Positions 29,835 to 39,618 of a stretch of 64,000 nt of DNA are shown piece by piece. Source of the stretch: an uncultured cyanobacterium. Lineage in GTDB: Bacteria > Cyanobacteriota > Cyanobacteriia > CAKZMO01. The notes below the pieces were generated by a model. It was not told where the DNA came from. It made no database searches and saw only the letters and a list, made by a program, of their open reading frames with translations. The stretch is from NCBI GenBank assembly GCA_963719515.1, contig CAVRCJ010000011.1, forward strand, positions 288,001 through 352,000. Direction: 5' to 3'. Positions within the stretch are counted from its first letter, which is position 1. Each line of letters opens with the position of its first letter. The position numbers and the translations under genes were made by a program.

Positions 29835-30692
29835 GTGCTGAGCTCTAGAACCTCAAAAGTTACCAACCCCAACTCCCCAGTACAGCTGTGGAACCTGCTC
29901 AACGGCCAGCCCAGCCGTCCCATCGGCCACTGGAAGCTGGGCCGCTTCAGCCGCCTCGCCCTCAGCCCCGACGGCAAACTCCTCGCCATCGGCGGCACCG
30001 TCATCGAGCTGTGGAACCTGAAAACCGGAGAATGCCTAGGTGAACTCGGCAGCCTCTTCGGCCACCGCGACATGTCTGCCCTCGCCATTAGCCCCGACAA
30101 CACCATGCTGGCTAGCACCAGCCTCGGCGAAAGCCCCTTCAACCTGTTCGACTACAGCATTCGCCTCTGGGATCTGACGGGTCTAGGTTCTCCCCCTTGG
30201 CATTCGCGCAGCGTGTCCGAAGGACGTAGGGGAGCTAGAGGGGGTCCACTCCACACTCTCAAAAGCCACCCCGCCCGCGTCCGCGCGCTCACCTTCACCA
30301 CCGACGGCCAAACCCTGCTCAGCGCCAGCCAAGACGGCACCCTCAAATCCTGGAACCCCCAGACCGGAACCCCAAAAACCACCCTCAACCAGCCCGGTGT
30401 TCTCCGCGCTATGGCTCTCAGCCCCGACGGCCAAGTCGCCACAGGCCGCCCCGATTCCGCTACAGGCCCGTCGAATGGCCCTGTAAACGCCATAGCCTTT
30501 AGCCCAAACGGCCAATACCTCGCCACCGCCCAAGGCAGCACACTCACCGTCACCGACGCCGAAGGCAGCTCAACTTCCCTCACCGAGCACCGCGCCAAAA
30601 TTCGCGCGATCGCCTTCAGCTCCGACAGCCAACACCTTGCTAGCGGCGATGCCAGCGGCAATGTCCGGCTGTGGCGATTCGATCGCGAGTGA
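29835..30692 (+). CDS. WD40-repeat protein, probably 5'-truncated
   Basis: Repeated ALSPDG...IRLWD / AFSSDSQHLASG...VRLW units. The ORF starts mid-repeat with a weak GTG. Confidence 0.8.
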   Translation: MLSSRTSKVTNPNSPVQLWNLLNGQPSRPIGHWKLGRFSRLALSPDGKLLAIGGTVIELWNLKTGECLGELGSLFGHRDMSALAISPDNTMLASTSLGESPFNLFDYSIRLWDLTGLGSPPWHSRSVSEGRRGARGGPLHTLKSHPARVRALTFTTDGQTLLSASQDGTLKSWNPQTGTPKTTLNQPGVLRAMALSPDGQVATGRPDSATGPSNGPVNAIAFSPNGQYLATAQGSTLTVTDAEGSSTSLTEHRAKIRAIAFSSDSQHLASGDASGNVRLWRFDRE

Positions 30693-30784
30693 AGTCTTCC
30701 AGGTCCCGGCGTTACAGATAGGGAAAGCGGGGGCAAGCTTGTTAGCATTACAGGTAGAACAGCCGTTGCTGAAGAGGATTTGCT

Positions 30785-31069
30785 ATGACCCCACAACTTC
30801 AAGCCGCCATAACTGCCATCCAACCCCTGTCTCAAAAAGAGCGACAGCAGCTTCTGCAACTCCTCGTTCACGATGCAGCTCCCCAAGGTAATCTTGAAAT
30901 TCTCAATATGCAGTTTTGGCAGGGCTTCACGCTGGAGCAGTTGACGGCACAAAGCTCTCCTACCGCTATGAAAGACCTTGGAGATTTTGCTGTTGATTTT
31001 TGGCCTGAAGACGAATCTGTAGAAGACTTCCTTGCTTTTCTTCGACAGCAACGACAAGAGGCAGCTTAA
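30785..31069 (+). CDS. Putative antitoxin of a type II TA pair
   Basis: 94 aa with an acidic C-terminus (FWPEDESVEDFL), 6 bp upstream of a PIN toxin gene. Confidence 0.75.
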   Translation: MTPQLQAAITAIQPLSQKERQQLLQLLVHDAAPQGNLEILNMQFWQGFTLEQLTAQSSPTAMKDLGDFAVDFWPEDESVEDFLAFLRQQRQEAA

Positions 31070-31075
31070 TCCGCC

Positions 31076-31477
31076 GTGGCCATAGTTCTTATTGATACCG
31101 ATGTTGCCTCCTTTCTCTTCAAAGGCAGCAATTACGCCGAGCCATACATCCCATTACTGGACGATAACAAGTTAGCGCTGTCGTTCATGAGCATTGCTGA
31201 GCTATTTCAGTGGGCGATGGTGCAGCAGTGGGGCGATCGCCGTCTTACCCAGCTAGAAGAATCTTTCGGTAATTACATCACCATCCCAGTTGATCACCTC
31301 CTTTGCAAAAGCTGGGCGCAGGTTCGCGCTAGTCGAAAACGGACTGGTCGGCCCATTTCTCCTCAAGATGCTTGGATAGCAGCAACAGCCCTACGCTATG
31401 ATCTGCCGCTGATTACCCATAATGCAAAAGATTCTATAGGTACTCTAAACCTACGGCTGATGGCCCCTGAGGCTTAA
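31076..31477 (+). CDS. vapC: VapC-family PIN domain toxin
   Basis: LIDTDVAS, SIAEL, ISPQDAWIAATA, LITHNAKD. Confidence 0.9.
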   Translation: MAIVLIDTDVASFLFKGSNYAEPYIPLLDDNKLALSFMSIAELFQWAMVQQWGDRRLTQLEESFGNYITIPVDHLLCKSWAQVRASRKRTGRPISPQDAWIAATALRYDLPLITHNAKDSIGTLNLRLMAPEA

Positions 31478-31676
31478 AAGCGTTATCAACGTCTTGCATT
31501 GCGGCTCAGCTCTCCACGGTTGCGATCGCCCCTCAAATGCTGTAATCTCATCTCGGCGCTCGGACGCAAGCGCGCCCCGGTTGTGTTATCCCCACAGCCG
31601 AGACGCTAACCCCGCGCTCTGACATCGGCAGAAGCGAAGGCTACCGCCTAGTGTATGGCTTCCATGCACCTCCTTG

Positions 31677-31716
31677 TTGACGTACTCCCCGCCCTGAAGA
31701 GCGAGGATTCCGGGAT
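31677..31716 (-). mobile_element. Isolated IS200/IS605 right-end hairpin remnant
   Basis: The minus strand reads GGAATCCTCGCTCTTCAGGGCGGGGAGTACGTCAA (hairpin plus terminal TCAA). Confidence 0.6.
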
Positions 31717-31795
31717 ACCGGCGTAGAATGCAGGCAAGCCTGTCTTACACCGTAGGGGCATGGCAGCGCCATGATACGTGTCTAACGTCCTGGAA

Positions 31796-32113
31796 GGCCC
31801 CCATCCCTAACCCTTCCCCCGATTCCGAGGGAAGAGAACCAAACTCCCCTCTCCCAGCGTTGATACCACTGGCGAAATATTTCGTAATCGAGCTGTACGC
31901 CTTCGAGGCCCCCTAACCCCCAATTCTGGGGGAACCGGAGCAGTGGCCATACTATTCGCGGCTATTGACTTTAAGGAGTTCTAACCTCTCTGAAGTCCCC
32001 CAGAATTGGGGGATTGAGGGGGCTTTCTCCGGGGCAGGAAATAGCCGAGATGTAACAAGACATGAAATTCGCCAGCGGTATCAACGCTGGGAGAGGGGCC
32101 GGGGGTGAGGGCT
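31796..32113. repeat. Nested palindromic repeat / MITE-like composite
   Basis: 31-bp IR at 31846-31876 / 32068-32098 (one mismatch) enclosing a second IR at 31908-31933 / 31996-32023. Confidence 0.8.
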
Positions 32114-32257
32114 GAATTGTGCTGAACACATCTCTAAACCATGCCCTCAACCACCCCCACCCCATATCCAAAACTCGCGTAGCCGCCGCAGCCTCGTTTC
32201 CACCGCGATCGCACCCGAAAGGCCGCCTACAATAGCCCTGTAACCTCGCAAAGTGCT

Positions 32258-33571
32258 ATGCCTACGCCCCCCGGAACCATGGGCCTGCCCGTCATCGGCG
32301 AAACCCTAAACTTCTTCCAAGACCCCAACTTCGCCAGCAAGCGCCACCGCCAGTACGGCGACCTCTTCAAAACCCGCCTGCTGGGCAAGCCCACCATCTT
32401 CCTGCGGGGGCCAGACGCCCTCAACTTTGTGCTCACCAACGAGAACAAATACTTCGTCGTCAGCTGGCCCCCCAGCGTCAAGGCCCTGCTGGGTCCCCTC
32501 TCCCTAGCGCTGCAGAGCGGCCATATCCACACCCAGCGCCGCAAGCTGCTGGTGCAGGCCTTCCAGCCCCGCGCCCTGACCAGCTACATCCCCACCATGG
32601 AAGCCATTAGCGATCGCTATCTTCAGCGCTGGCTGCAGCAAGGGCAGATTACCTGGTATCCCGAGCTGCGGGACTACACCCTGGACATCGCCTGCAAACT
32701 GTTTGTGGGCTTGAACCAGGGGTCGAAAAGCAAGCTGGGCCATCTGTTTGAGACCTGGTGCAGCGGTCTATTTAGCCTGCCGCTGAAGCTGCCCTGGACG
32801 GCGTTTGGCAAAGCTTGGACCGCCCGCGAGCAGCTTTTAGACGAAATTGAGCGGCTGATTCGAGAGCGTCAGGGGCAGCTTGATCGAGGGGAAGAGACCC
32901 CAGAAGACGCCTTAAGCCTGATGCTCTTGGCCACTGATGAAGAGGGGGAGCGCCTCACCGTGGCGGAACTCAAAGATCAGGTGCTGCTGCTCCTGTTTGC
33001 CGGTCACGAGACCCTCACCTCAGCGGTGACCAACTTGTGTCTGCTGCTGGCCCAGCACCCGGAGGTGATGTATAAGGCGCGGGCGGAGCAGGCGGCCCTG
33101 AGATCCGATCCTCTGACCCTAGACCTGCTGAAGCAGATGCCCTACCTAGACCAGGTGACCAAAGAGGTACTGCGCTTCCTGCCACCCGTCGGGGGCGGCT
33201 TTCGGGACGTCCTCGAAGACTGCCGCTACGGCGGGTACGACATTCCTAAGGGCTGGGCCGTGCTCTACGGCATCAACACCACCCACGCCGACGAAGCCAT
33301 CTACCGCGACGCCAAGCGCTTTGACCCCGACCGCTTCAGTCCGGAGCGTGCTGAGGATAAGGGGAAGCCCTTCAGCCATGTACCCTACGGCGGCGGACTT
33401 CGGGAGTGCTTGGGGAAGGCCTTTGCGCAGCTAGAGCTGAAGCTGTTTGCCGTGGCGCTGCTGCGGAGCTATGACTGGGCGCTGCTGTCGGACCAAAACC
33501 TAGCGATGACCACAGCGCCCACGCCCCACCCCAAAGATGGGTTAAAGGTCACCTTTAGAGCGCATCAATAG
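32258..33571 (+). CDS. Cytochrome P450 (CYP120-like)
   Basis: PPGTMGLPVIGET, LLFAGHET, EVLR, FDPDRF and the heme ligand motif YGGGLRECLG. Confidence 0.93.
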   Translation: MPTPPGTMGLPVIGETLNFFQDPNFASKRHRQYGDLFKTRLLGKPTIFLRGPDALNFVLTNENKYFVVSWPPSVKALLGPLSLALQSGHIHTQRRKLLVQAFQPRALTSYIPTMEAISDRYLQRWLQQGQITWYPELRDYTLDIACKLFVGLNQGSKSKLGHLFETWCSGLFSLPLKLPWTAFGKAWTAREQLLDEIERLIRERQGQLDRGEETPEDALSLMLLATDEEGERLTVAELKDQVLLLLFAGHETLTSAVTNLCLLLAQHPEVMYKARAEQAALRSDPLTLDLLKQMPYLDQVTKEVLRFLPPVGGGFRDVLEDCRYGGYDIPKGWAVLYGINTTHADEAIYRDAKRFDPDRFSPERAEDKGKPFSHVPYGGGLRECLGKAFAQLELKLFAVALLRSYDWALLSDQNLAMTTAPTPHPKDGLKVTFRAHQ

Positions 33572-33660
33572 ACACAGGCAGATAGAGGCGATCGCCCAAT
33601 TGACCGTACGGAGTGGCAAACGGGCACCCTGAGGAAGCACAGCCTCAACGCCCCATTCCC

Positions 33661-34173
33661 ATGCAGCATCAAGCGCGCGGCTTCTCCCTCATCGAACTCG
33701 TAATCACAGCCGCGATCGCCACCACTCTGGCCCTCATCGCCGCCCCCAGCTGGGTCGCCTTTATGCAGCGGCAGCAGCTCACCCAGGCCCAAGACCACCT
33801 CTACCGCGTTATCCAGCAAACCCAAAAAACCGCCATCAATCAGCGATCGCCCTGGCAGGTGAGCGTTCGGGCGGGGGAGACCACCGTCGAATGGGCCAGC
33901 CATTCCGACCAGCTTCTGCCCCAGCAGGCCAGCTGGCAACCGCTCGATCCCGCACAGGCTCGCCTCACCCTCGACCTCGAGGCCACCACTTTTCGCCAAG
34001 CGTCCGGAGTCTATCAGCTGCAGTTCGACCACCAGGGAAACGTCAGCGATCGCTTGGGCCGCCTCACCCTCAAAGGCCCTCAGCCCCGGCTGCGCCGCTG
34101 CGTGGTGGTTTCGACCCTGTTAGGAGCACTGCGCAAAGGTCGGGAGCGGTTTCCCGACGCGGGGTGCGGCTAG
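33661..34173 (+). CDS. Type IV pilin-like / pseudopilin (FimT/GspH-like)
   Basis: Prepilin cleavage motif RGFSLIELVITAAI and a C-terminal Cys pair. Confidence 0.85.
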   Translation: MQHQARGFSLIELVITAAIATTLALIAAPSWVAFMQRQQLTQAQDHLYRVIQQTQKTAINQRSPWQVSVRAGETTVEWASHSDQLLPQQASWQPLDPAQARLTLDLEATTFRQASGVYQLQFDHQGNVSDRLGRLTLKGPQPRLRRCVVVSTLLGALRKGRERFPDAGCG

Positions 34174-34286
34174 CGCTGGCACCAACGAGGGACATACCGC
34201 CTCTGATTGGCGGCAATATGGCGATGGCAATATGTCACAATGAAAGTCATCCAACGCCCCTACTATCTTTAATTTCGGTTGAACTT

Positions 34287-35396
34287 GTGACTACTGCTTT
34301 GAAATCCGTAATGCGTCGCGCCGTCTTTCCTTTCACCGCCATTGTGGGTCAGGACGAAATGAAGCTCGCCCTGATGCTTAACGTCATCGACCCCAAGATT
34401 GGCGGCGTGATGATTATGGGCGATCGCGGCACCGGCAAATCTACTACCATCCGGGCGCTGGCAGACATTTTGCCCGAGATTGAGGTGGCGGCGGACGACC
34501 CGTTTAATAGCCACCCCAGCGACCCTGAGCTAATGAGCGACTGGGTACGGGACGAAGTTTCTCAGGGCAATCAGGTTTCAACCACCGACAAAAAGGTGCC
34601 CATGGTCGACCTGCCTTTAGGGGCGACGGAAGACCGGGTTTGCGGCACCATCGACATTGAAAAAGCCCTCACAGAAGGCGTGCGCGCCTTTGAGCCGGGG
34701 CTGCTGGCCCAGGCCAATCGCGGCATTCTCTACGTAGACGAGGTCAACCTCTTAGATGACCACCTGGTGGACGTGCTGCTGGATTCGGCGGCCTCAGGCT
34801 GGAACACGGTGGAGCGCGAGGGCATTTCCATCCGTCACCCGGCTCGGTTTGTGCTGGTGGGCTCGGGCAACCCAGAGGAAGGAGAGCTGCGGCCTCAGCT
34901 GCTAGACCGCTTTGGCATGCACGCCGAAATCCGCACGGTAAAAGACCCCACCCTGCGGGTGAAAGTTGTCGAGGAGCGCACGGCGTTTGACCAAGACCCT
35001 CAAAGCTATCTAGACGCCCATCAAACCGGGCAGGCCGCCGTTCAGGAGAAAATCGTAGGCGCGCAGGAGCGGCTGAAAAGCGTCACCATCGACCGCGAGA
35101 TGAGAGTTCAGATTTCCCAGGTGTGCTCTGAGCTAGATGTGGACGGGCTGCGGGGAGATATCGTCACCAACCGGGCGGCTAAGGCGATCGCTGCCCTAGA
35201 AGGCCGCACGGAGGTTACCCCCAACGACGTACAGCGGGTAATTGTGCTCTGTCTTCGCCACCGCTTGCGCAAAGATCCCCTAGAGTCGATGGATTCGGGC
35301 TACAAGGTGGGTCAGGTGTTCAGCAACGTCTTCGGCATTCCCGCTCCGGGCGAGGCGGCTGAGTCCAACGGCGCATATTCGGCGGCATCGGCGTAA
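34287..35396 (+). CDS. chlI: Magnesium chelatase ATPase subunit I
   Basis: FPFTAIVGQDEMK, GDRGTGKST, DLPLGATEDR, LYVDEVNLL, LRHRLRKDPLE. Start is GTG 34287 or ATG 34311. Confidence 0.97.
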   Translation: MTTALKSVMRRAVFPFTAIVGQDEMKLALMLNVIDPKIGGVMIMGDRGTGKSTTIRALADILPEIEVAADDPFNSHPSDPELMSDWVRDEVSQGNQVSTTDKKVPMVDLPLGATEDRVCGTIDIEKALTEGVRAFEPGLLAQANRGILYVDEVNLLDDHLVDVLLDSAASGWNTVEREGISIRHPARFVLVGSGNPEEGELRPQLLDRFGMHAEIRTVKDPTLRVKVVEERTAFDQDPQSYLDAHQTGQAAVQEKIVGAQERLKSVTIDREMRVQISQVCSELDVDGLRGDIVTNRAAKAIAALEGRTEVTPNDVQRVIVLCLRHRLRKDPLESMDSGYKVGQVFSNVFGIPAPGEAAESNGAYSAASA

Positions 35397-35439
35397 ACGG
35401 CATCGGCGTAACCCATTTGCAAACCCAGCTCCATCACCT

Positions 35440-35622
35440 CGTAGGGGGCACAGCATGTAAGTGCATAGCGGCTTTGCAGAAGCAGCGAGACGCCTCGGTC
35501 TTACCCCCCTCAATCCCCCCTTGGTAAGGGGGGAAGGTGCAGTTCTCCCCCTTGGTAAGGGGGAGTTAGAGGGGGTCTTCCGGGACGCTAAACAGATACC
35601 ACAGCATGCTGTGCCCCCTACG
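35440..35622. repeat. REP-like composite palindrome between chlI and ruvC
   Basis: Perfect 18-bp IR CGTAGGGGGCACAGCATG (35440-35457 / 35605-35622) enclosing two CCCCCTTGGTAAGGGGG units. Confidence 0.85.
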
Positions 35623-35664
35623 AACACGTCCCACACAACACCCCCCAAGAGAAACGGAAAAGCC

Positions 35665-36138
35665 ATGCGGCGTATTTTGGGTCTCGACCCAGGACTAGCA
35701 ATCTTAGGCTTTGGCATCATCGAAGGACAGCCCGCCGACGATCGCATTCAGCCGCTGGATTTTGGCATTATCCAGACTCCGGCCCATACGCCGGTCGGCG
35801 ATCGCCTCTGCACGATCTATAGCGACCTGCAGGACCTGATTCAGGGCTGTCGGCCCGACCTAGTGGCCATCGAAAAGCTGTTCTTTTACCGCATGGGCAA
35901 TACGATTCAGGTGGCTCAGGCTCGCGGGGTGGTCATGCTGGTGCTGGCCCAAAATAAGCTACCCTACGTCGAGTTTACGCCTGCTCAGGTCAAGCAGGCA
36001 CTGACGGGCTACGGGAACGCCGACAAAGCCTCGGTGCAAGAGGCAGTGGCCCGGGAGCTCAACCTGGCGCAGGTGCCCCGACCCGACGATGCCGCAGACG
36101 GGCTGGCGATCGCCCTAGCGGCCTGGTTTGGGCGCTAG
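35665..36138 (+). CDS. ruvC: Holliday junction resolvase RuvC
   Basis: [35 protein letters not shown]. The upstream extension in the ORF track is repeat-derived. Confidence 0.96.
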   Translation: MRRILGLDPGLAILGFGIIEGQPADDRIQPLDFGIIQTPAHTPVGDRLCTIYSDLQDLIQGCRPDLVAIEKLFFYRMGNTIQVAQARGVVMLVLAQNKLPYVEFTPAQVKQALTGYGNADKASVQEAVARELNLAQVPRPDDAADGLAIALAAWFGR

Positions 36139-36163
36139 GGCGATCTCTGAACTCTGGCAGAAG

Positions 36164-36451
36164 TTAAGCGAGCCGCTTCACATAAGGTTCCGCCAGTACA
36201 GAAGCGCTGGGCTCAGTTTGAGCATTAGATTGAGGCGGCAAGACCCAAGACGGATCAACCGAAATTGGGTTGATATCCATCACCAAATCCCAATCCTTCC
36301 ATTTTGACAAAGCGGGAATCGCTAAAGAACAGGCCTTCCAACCGCTCTGCACGGGAATATCTAACCGCTGACATTCCCCTCCACGCCGACCCATCGGACT
36401 ATAGTTGCGACAGCTGCGGCAAAGGGAGACGGAGGGGGGTACGTTCTTCAT
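36164..36451 (-). CDS. Small Cys-rich hypothetical protein
   Basis: CRSCRNYSPMGRRGGECQRL...WKAC: four Cys, possibly metal-binding. Confidence 0.7.
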   Translation of the reverse strand: MKNVPPSVSLCRSCRNYSPMGRRGGECQRLDIPVQSGWKACSLAIPALSKWKDWDLVMDINPISVDPSWVLPPQSNAQTEPSASVLAEPYVKRLA

Positions 36452-36934
36452 GTGACGGGGATCAGTTCAACAATATAATAGTTTTAGCCTGCAAATTTAG
36501 ATTCAAACAGCGGCTTTTAGCGTCTTCTAATTCTCACCAGACAAGGCTTTGAGCCGATCCCAAATAAAACGTTAAATTTATATTCTCTTTATTTTTGTGT
36601 TAAGAAAACCCCGATTTTTTAGAACTATAGCTTGAATATTATGCTCTGCTCCTATCAGACTTAAGCCCAGCCACAAATTAATTTATATGAAAAAGGCTGA
36701 ATTACACAATTCAATTTAATTGCGAATTCAGTCGCTATTGAACTATTGTGTATCTTTTTACAATAAAGTTCCGGGTTGACTACAGTTATTTCAGACTTAT
36801 TAACTCAAATCAAAAGCCTTTTTCCAATCTATCTATAGGGTGTTGACTCTGCTTCAAAAGCGCGGGTGATTCTAGGTTGGTCCTTTAGTACGAATCGCCT
36901 CGTAAAATAGGGCCATACCCGCAGTACAGGACCT

Positions 36935-37579
36935 ATGACCGACGCCACTACCCACAACCTCGCCATTCCCCTAGATCAAATTCGGTTTGACGATCGCGGC
37001 CTTGTTCCGGCGATCGCTCAAGACTACCTCGACGGCAGCGTCTTGATGCTGGCCTGGATGAATCGAGAGGCCCTACAGCGCAGCTTGGAGACCGGAGACG
37101 CCTGGTATTGGAGCCGCTCCCGTAAGCAGCTGTGGCACAAGGGCGCAACGTCGGGGCACTTCCAGCGCATCAAGACCCTGCGCTACGACTGCGACAGCGA
37201 CGCCGTTTTGCTGTCGGTGGAGCAGGTGGGCGATATTGCCTGTCACACCGGACAGCGAAGCTGCTTCCATCAGGTGGACGAGGCGATCGCCCCGCCGCCT
37301 GCCGATACCCTCTCCCAAGTGTTTGAGGTAATTTGCGATCGCCGCGACCATCCCGACCCCAAGTCCTATACCTGCAAGCTGATGGCCGGTGGAGACAATT
37401 CTATTCTCAAAAAGATTGGAGAAGAGGCGGTTGAGGTGGTGATGGCCTGCAAAGACGACAACCCCGACGATATCGCCGGGGAAGTGGCAGACCTGCTTTA
37501 CCACGCCCTCGTGGCCTTATCCCACCATCAGGTAGACCTACAGGCGGTCTACCGTAAGCTTCAGGAGCGCCGTCGCTAA
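36935..37579 (+). CDS. hisIE: Bifunctional phosphoribosyl-AMP cyclohydrolase / phosphoribosyl-ATP diphosphatase
   Basis: [40 protein letters not shown]. Confidence 0.97.
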   Translation: MTDATTHNLAIPLDQIRFDDRGLVPAIAQDYLDGSVLMLAWMNREALQRSLETGDAWYWSRSRKQLWHKGATSGHFQRIKTLRYDCDSDAVLLSVEQVGDIACHTGQRSCFHQVDEAIAPPPADTLSQVFEVICDRRDHPDPKSYTCKLMAGGDNSILKKIGEEAVEVVMACKDDNPDDIAGEVADLLYHALVALSHHQVDLQAVYRKLQERRR

Positions 37580-37623
37580 ATTTCGGCCTAGAATTTCAGT
37601 CTGCGCAGAGGCAGCCGGTAGAC

Positions 37624-38595
37624 CTAATAGGCCCGGCTGAGCACGTAGTCCGTCAGCTTGACCAGGGTCTGCTGGCAGTCGGACGCAGGCAGGTCCGCCA
37701 GATGCTCTACCGCCTGCTTAGCGTGGCTCATGGCCAGCGCCTTGGCCCGCTCGATGCCCTGGCTGTCGTCCACAATGGCGATCGCTTTTTCTAGGTCCCC
37801 CTCTTCCGCTAGCTCGCGGTCCATCAGGGTAGCCAGGTAAGGATTTTCCTCTAGCGCATAGAGCGCAGGTGCCGTTAGGTTACCGCTCTTGAGGTCTGAG
37901 CAGGCAGGTTTTCCTAGAGCATCTGCAGAGGCCGTGAAGTCTAGGATGTCGTCTACAATTTGAAACGCCAAACCCAAGTGCCGCCCGTAGTCGTACAGGT
38001 TTTCCTCAAGGGCAGGGGAGACATGGCTCAGAACCCCGGCAGCCCTAGCGCTATTGGCAATCAGCGAGGCGGTCTTGTAGTAGCTCTTTTGCAAATACTG
38101 ATCGATGGACAGGGTGGTGTCAAAGCGGTTAAGCCCCTGCTGAATCTCGCCTTCAGCCAGATCCATAATTACTTGGGACAGCAGCTTAACGACGGTGAGG
38201 TTGTCGAGGTTGGCCAAATACCAGGAGGACTGGGCAAACAGGAAGTCTCCTGCAAGCACCGCGATGCGGTTACCAAAGCTGCTGTGTACCGTGGGTACGC
38301 CTCGCCGCGTTGAGGCTTCATCGACAACGTCGTCATGCACTAGGCTGGCGGTGTGGATCATCTCAGTGATCTCAGCCAAACGGCGATGCTTCGGCGTAAT
38401 CTCACCAGACGTCATCGCTGCCCGAGATATGAGCAAGACAATGGCCGGCCTTAGACGCTTTCCCCCAGCACCAAACAAATGCTCGGCAGCAGCGTAAAGA
38501 ATAGGGTGACGAGCGCCTACAAGCTGCTTCAGCGTTTTGGTCAGTAGATGCAGGTCGGCTTCAACGGGAGAAAAAATGGATGTCGCTGAGGTCAT
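37624..38595 (-). CDS. sds: Solanesyl diphosphate synthase
   Basis: GGKRLRP, SLVHDDVVD, KSYYKTASL, AFQIVDDILD. Confidence 0.92.
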   Translation of the reverse strand: MTSATSIFSPVEADLHLLTKTLKQLVGARHPILYAAAEHLFGAGGKRLRPAIVLLISRAAMTSGEITPKHRRLAEITEMIHTASLVHDDVVDEASTRRGVPTVHSSFGNRIAVLAGDFLFAQSSWYLANLDNLTVVKLLSQVIMDLAEGEIQQGLNRFDTTLSIDQYLQKSYYKTASLIANSARAAGVLSHVSPALEENLYDYGRHLGLAFQIVDDILDFTASADALGKPACSDLKSGNLTAPALYALEENPYLATLMDRELAEEGDLEKAIAIVDDSQGIERAKALAMSHAKQAVEHLADLPASDCQQTLVKLTDYVLSRAY

Positions 38596-39538
38596 GATTG
38601 AGCGGACTCAGACGCTGAGTAACGTTTTTTTACATATCTTGATTTTATTCTAAGCTACCTCCTCCCTATCTGCAGAACTGAATTCCAGATTGGTGATTCG
38701 GAGCCTAAGCCGCCGTCGGCTTAGCGAAGAAAACTTTATGACAGAATTACCTATGAAAAGATTGCAAAATGGATATACCGCCTTACAAAGCAAACTCTTC
38801 TTCCTAGGGTCGCTGACCTCAAGAGCAGTTTTTTGGCGGTAACGCTACAAAGACGGAGTAATCCATGCCCAAAACTTTGGGAAAAGGGGGCGAACTCGGC
38901 GTTCGTCTTAGGAAAATTATGATATCCTCTTAATTAAGGAATTAAAAACCGCACATTGACTACAGAAACTTGTATAAACACTGAGCGAGAATGCCGCTAG
39001 GTTTCTGCAGCTGCTAAGTACTGACTAAAGCTTGCTTTAGTGCACTACTGTAAACGGACCCTCAACGATCTATTTACACGAAGCAGTGAAACCGGCAACG
39101 TCCTGGGCTAGGTGTTGGGGAATCCTATCCTATACAGAGCGCTAGCGCCGAGTATAGACAGGGTTCTCCCTAAGGTGATTCTTGATTCTGAAGCGCCTGA
39201 CAGTCTGTTATTCGGTGAGCGTTCCTAAGTCTGACTGGCTGAGCTTGCTCCATCGCCCTGTCTAGACTTTCCGCATTCGTTTGCTTTGCCAAACTCGCTT
39301 CCACACTGGGCCACTATGATTCACTGCAACACTTCTATCATCATTCCACTCCTCGCAAGCTGCTATATCCTCTCCATCTATTTACTGCTCAATATTGTGC
39401 AGCGATCGCGCCGCGCATAGCCGTGATGCGCTTTGACGCTGCTCCTAGATCAATTCTGGGAGTAGCGCCTTTAAGGCCTCTCAGCAAGCTAAGCTCGCCT
39501 GAAGGCAAAGATATAAGTTTTGCCTTCAGGCAACATTA

Positions 39539-39583
39539 AAAAAGCGCGAGTCTTAGCCCGTACCGGCTAAGACTCGCGTTTTT
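39539..39583. terminator. Bidirectional-type rho-independent terminator downstream of murI
   Basis: AAAAAGCGCGAGTCTTAGCC-CGTACC-GGCTAAGACTCGCGTTTTTT. Confidence 0.75.
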
Positions 39584-39618
39584 TGGTTCGCCTTTCATAC
39601 TGAATCGCCAGACAAGTG

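Noticed and set aside
30152..31057. 301-aa minus-strand ORF
   Set aside because: It is an antisense shadow of the WD40 and antitoxin genes.
33891..34286. N-terminal extension of ChlI in the ORF track
   Set aside because: It overlaps the pilin gene in another frame, and ChlI similarity begins at about 34311.
35461..35664. N-terminal extension of RuvC
   Set aside because: It is translated palindromic repeat. RuvC starts at [10 protein letters not shown].
38619..38633. Possible NtcA box upstream of sds
   Set aside because: The spacing is GTA-N9-TAC rather than N8.
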